Shown here one piece after another: positions 62,081-64,000 of a DNA stretch of 64,000 bases; the stretch's first letter is position 1; each line of letters opens with the position of its first letter. The notes under the pieces were generated by a model. The model saw only the letters and a program-made list of their open reading frames with translations, was not told where the DNA came from and searched no databases. The translations under genes and the position numbers were made by a program. Origin of the DNA: Candidatus Woesearchaeota archaeon (GTDB lineage: Archaea; Nanobdellota; Nanobdellia; SCGC-AAA011-G17; PNOQ01); contig CAYFNK010000003.1 in the NCBI GenBank assembly GCA_964344555.1, forward strand, positions 9,565-73,564, read 5' to 3'.

Positions 62081-62138
62081 AATTTAACATTAAAAAGATT
62101 GATATTTATATATATCGGTTTCCAAGAATAAAATAAAG

Positions 62139-62211
62139 TAGTCCTGCCAGGATTTGAACCTGGGTCACATGGACCAAAACCATGTATACTGGGCCACTAT
62201 ACTACAGGACT
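62139..62211 (-). tRNA. tRNA-Gln (TTG)
   Basis: Reverse complement AGTCCTGTAGTATAGTGG...CATGGTTTTGGTCCATG...GGTTCAAATCCTGGCAGGACTA. Confidence 0.85.
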
Positions 62212-62252
62212 CTAGAAAATCGAACACATTATTTTATTTAAAAAACTTTTTG

Positions 62253-62867
62253 TTAAGAACCTTTTCTCTTATATCTTCCTCTCTTTTCAACATTCTTCAA
62301 TCTTTTAATTACAGAATCATACTTCTTACTTTTCTTATATCCTTCTAAAAAACATTTGTAAACTTCTTCATGATGTCTATAATGTTTACTATCAAATGCT
62401 TGTCTTAATAATCTAATATCTACTGCCTTCGGTTCATCCTTATTTGATATCATTCCAAGTCCAAAATCAATAAAATAAACTCTACTATCTTTCAAAATCA
62501 CGTTAGAAGTAGTTAAATCTCCATGAATAATATCGTTATCATGCATTAATGCAACTTGTTCACCAATTTTTTTACAAATCTTCTTTCTTTTTTCAGAAGA
62601 ATAGCCATCTAACTTATTTTTCAAAACATCACCTTTAACATATTCCATAACTATTTTCATATCATTATCATCGAACATAAAAACTTCAGGAACATTCATT
62701 CCTACTTCTTTAGCCTTCAATAATAGTTTATTTTCTCTCCTAGTAGGGTATTTTCTTTTACTTATATCAATATGTTCATGCCTATAAGATTTAGAAACTC
62801 TTTCCTTCACTAAATTCCCATTTTCAAGATACAAAATAGCTTCAGCACCAGAATGTAAGATTTTCAT
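62253..62867 (-). CDS. bud32: Kae1-associated kinase Bud32 (PRPK)
   Basis: 204 aa. Atypical small RIO-like kinase: GAEAILY, ...HDNDIIHGDLTTSNVIL, YFIDFGLG. Confidence 0.85.
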   Translation of the reverse strand: MKILHSGAEAILYLENGNLVKERVSKSYRHEHIDISKRKYPTRRENKLLLKAKEVGMNVPEVFMFDDNDMKIVMEYVKGDVLKNKLDGYSSEKRKKICKKIGEQVALMHDNDIIHGDLTTSNVILKDSRVYFIDFGLGMISNKDEPKAVDIRLLRQAFDSKHYRHHEEVYKCFLEGYKKSKKYDSVIKRLKNVEKRGRYKRKGS

Positions 62868-62870
62868 TTT

Positions 62871-64000
62871 CTAAAATGGTAATTTTCCTTTGAATTTTTT
62901 CATAAGTTTTTCAGGACTTCCTTTCATCATTTTGGCCATTTTTTTGCTTTGACGATACTGCTTCAATAATTCCCTAACTTCACCAGAAGTAACCCCTGAA
63001 CCTTTGGCAACCCTTTCTATTCTTTTTCTATTAAACATCAAATCAGGATCCTCTAATTCTTTTTTAGTCATACTTTGCATAATGTGCTTCCATTTCTTTA
63101 ATTTGTCTTCTTGAACTTCAAGAGCCTCCTTAGGGAGATCAACTTTACTCATTCCAGGAATCATTTCCATAACTTTACTAAGGGGGCCCATTTTCTTCAT
63201 TGCGCTCATTTGTTCATATAAATCTAAAAAATTAAATTCTCCTTTCAAAAACTTCTTACCTAAATCTTGAGCATCTTCTTCACTCATCACTTCTTTTGCT
63301 TTTTCTAAAAGAGATTTTATATCTCCCATGCCTAAAATCCTTCCAACAAATCCTTCTGGATCAAATTCTTCAAGATCATCTGCTTTTTCTCCAACCCCTA
63401 TAAATTTGATTGGAGCTCCAGTAACAGCACAAGCGCTAAGCGCTCCACCGGCCTTAGCAGTTCCATCCATTTTAGTAGCCATAACTCCAGTTATATCGCA
63501 ACTTTCATGAAATTGTTTTGCTTGTTTTTCTGCAGTCTGTCCAAGATCTGCACTTAGAACCAATAACTTTTCATGAGGACTAACTATTTTATTCAAACTT
63601 TCAATCTCTTTAACCAAATCTTCAGAAAGTGCATCCCTCCCTGAAGTGTCAACAATAATTATATCGTATCCGGAAATCTCAGATTCATTTTGTTTCCACA
63701 ATTTAGAAGCATCTTTCTCTTTCTCATCAACAAAAACATCAACACCAAGATCTTCTCCAAGTTGCTTTAACTGTTTCATTGCAGCAGGCCTATGAACATC
63801 AAGTCCAACTAATCCAACCTTATATCCTCTTTTTGTATAATATTTAGCAAGCTTTGAAGCAGAAGTGGTTTTTCCATTTCCAAATAATCCTACAAGCATT
63901 ATTTTGAAAGGCCTCTGTTTACCAATCTTAATTCCTTTAACCTCCCCTCCTAAGAATTTAACTAACTCTTCATAAACAATTCTTACTAAATAATCTCTGT
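62871..64000 (-). CDS. srp54: Signal recognition particle protein SRP54 (5' end runs off the window)
   Basis: NG domain (GLFGNGKTTSASKLA, DTSGR, TKMDG), M domain with a Met-rich C-terminus. The frame stays open past 63899 to the window edge (...IKIGKQRPFKIMLVGL). Confidence 0.85.
   Translation of the reverse strand, partial: RDYLVRIVYEELVKFLGGEVKGIKIGKQRPFKIMLVGLFGNGKTTSASKLAKYYTKRGYKVGLVGLDVHRPAAMKQLKQLGEDLGVDVFVDEKEKDASKLWKQNESEISGYDIIIVDTSGRDALSEDLVKEIESLNKIVSPHEKLLVLSADLGQTAEKQAKQFHESCDITGVMATKMDGTAKAGGALSACAVTGAPIKFIGVGEKADDLEEFDPEGFVGRILGMGDIKSLLEKAKEVMSEEDAQDLGKKFLKGEFNFLDLYEQMSAMKKMGPLSKVMEMIPGMSKVDLPKEALEVQEDKLKKWKHIMQSMTKKELEDPDLMFNRKRIERVAKGSGVTSGEVRELLKQYRQSKKMAKMMKGSPEKLMKKFKGKLPF

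Overview
This window is AT-rich (about 30% GC) and gene-dense, and reads as an archaeal chromosome, probably from a small-genome, host-associated (DPANN-like) lineage. Archaeal markers include TFB, RpoE'/Spt4, S6e/S24e/S27ae/S8e/S3Ae/L37e, aIF2-gamma, Kae1, Bud32, Sec61-beta, NAC, an Sm protein, SRP54, RNase P RNA and an intron-containing tRNA. A 16S-tRNA(Ala)-23S rRNA operon lies on the minus strand (about 30.6-35.2 kb), preceded by tRNA-Glu and an intron-bearing tRNA-Ile(UAU). Six other tRNAs are present; tRNA-His sits next to hisS. Three things stand out. First, a 6.2 kb insertion (23472-29684) is bounded by 23-bp terminal inverted repeats and a 10-bp target-site duplication that rewrote the 3' end of a patatin gene. 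It carries an IS1595/IS6-like zinc-ribbon DDE transposase, a small RHH protein and a six-gene enzyme cargo: APH-like kinase, SAM methyltransferase, B12 radical-SAM, Nudix, transglutaminase-like protein and 2-hydroxyacid dehydrogenase. Second, there are two giant surface-protein genes. One is 2627 aa, with a LamG domain and beta-sandwich repeats fused through a C-terminal TM to a cytoplasmic HerA/FtsK-like ATPase. The other is 2106 aa with a lytic-transglycosylase (SLT) domain, co-oriented with a 657-aa pilin-signal-like membrane protein. Third, three class-Ic aaRS genes sit in tandem: a TrpRS-like gene, an archaeal-type TyrRS with a degenerate HIGH motif, and a bacterial-type TyrRS with an S4 domain. 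Other notable points are a diverged second transposase copy sharing a 5'-UTR CGAA hairpin, a minimal 89-aa K+ channel, apparent gene disruptions (a radical-SAM in-frame stop and a -1 frameshift), and a duplicated lipoprotein signal-peptide segment.
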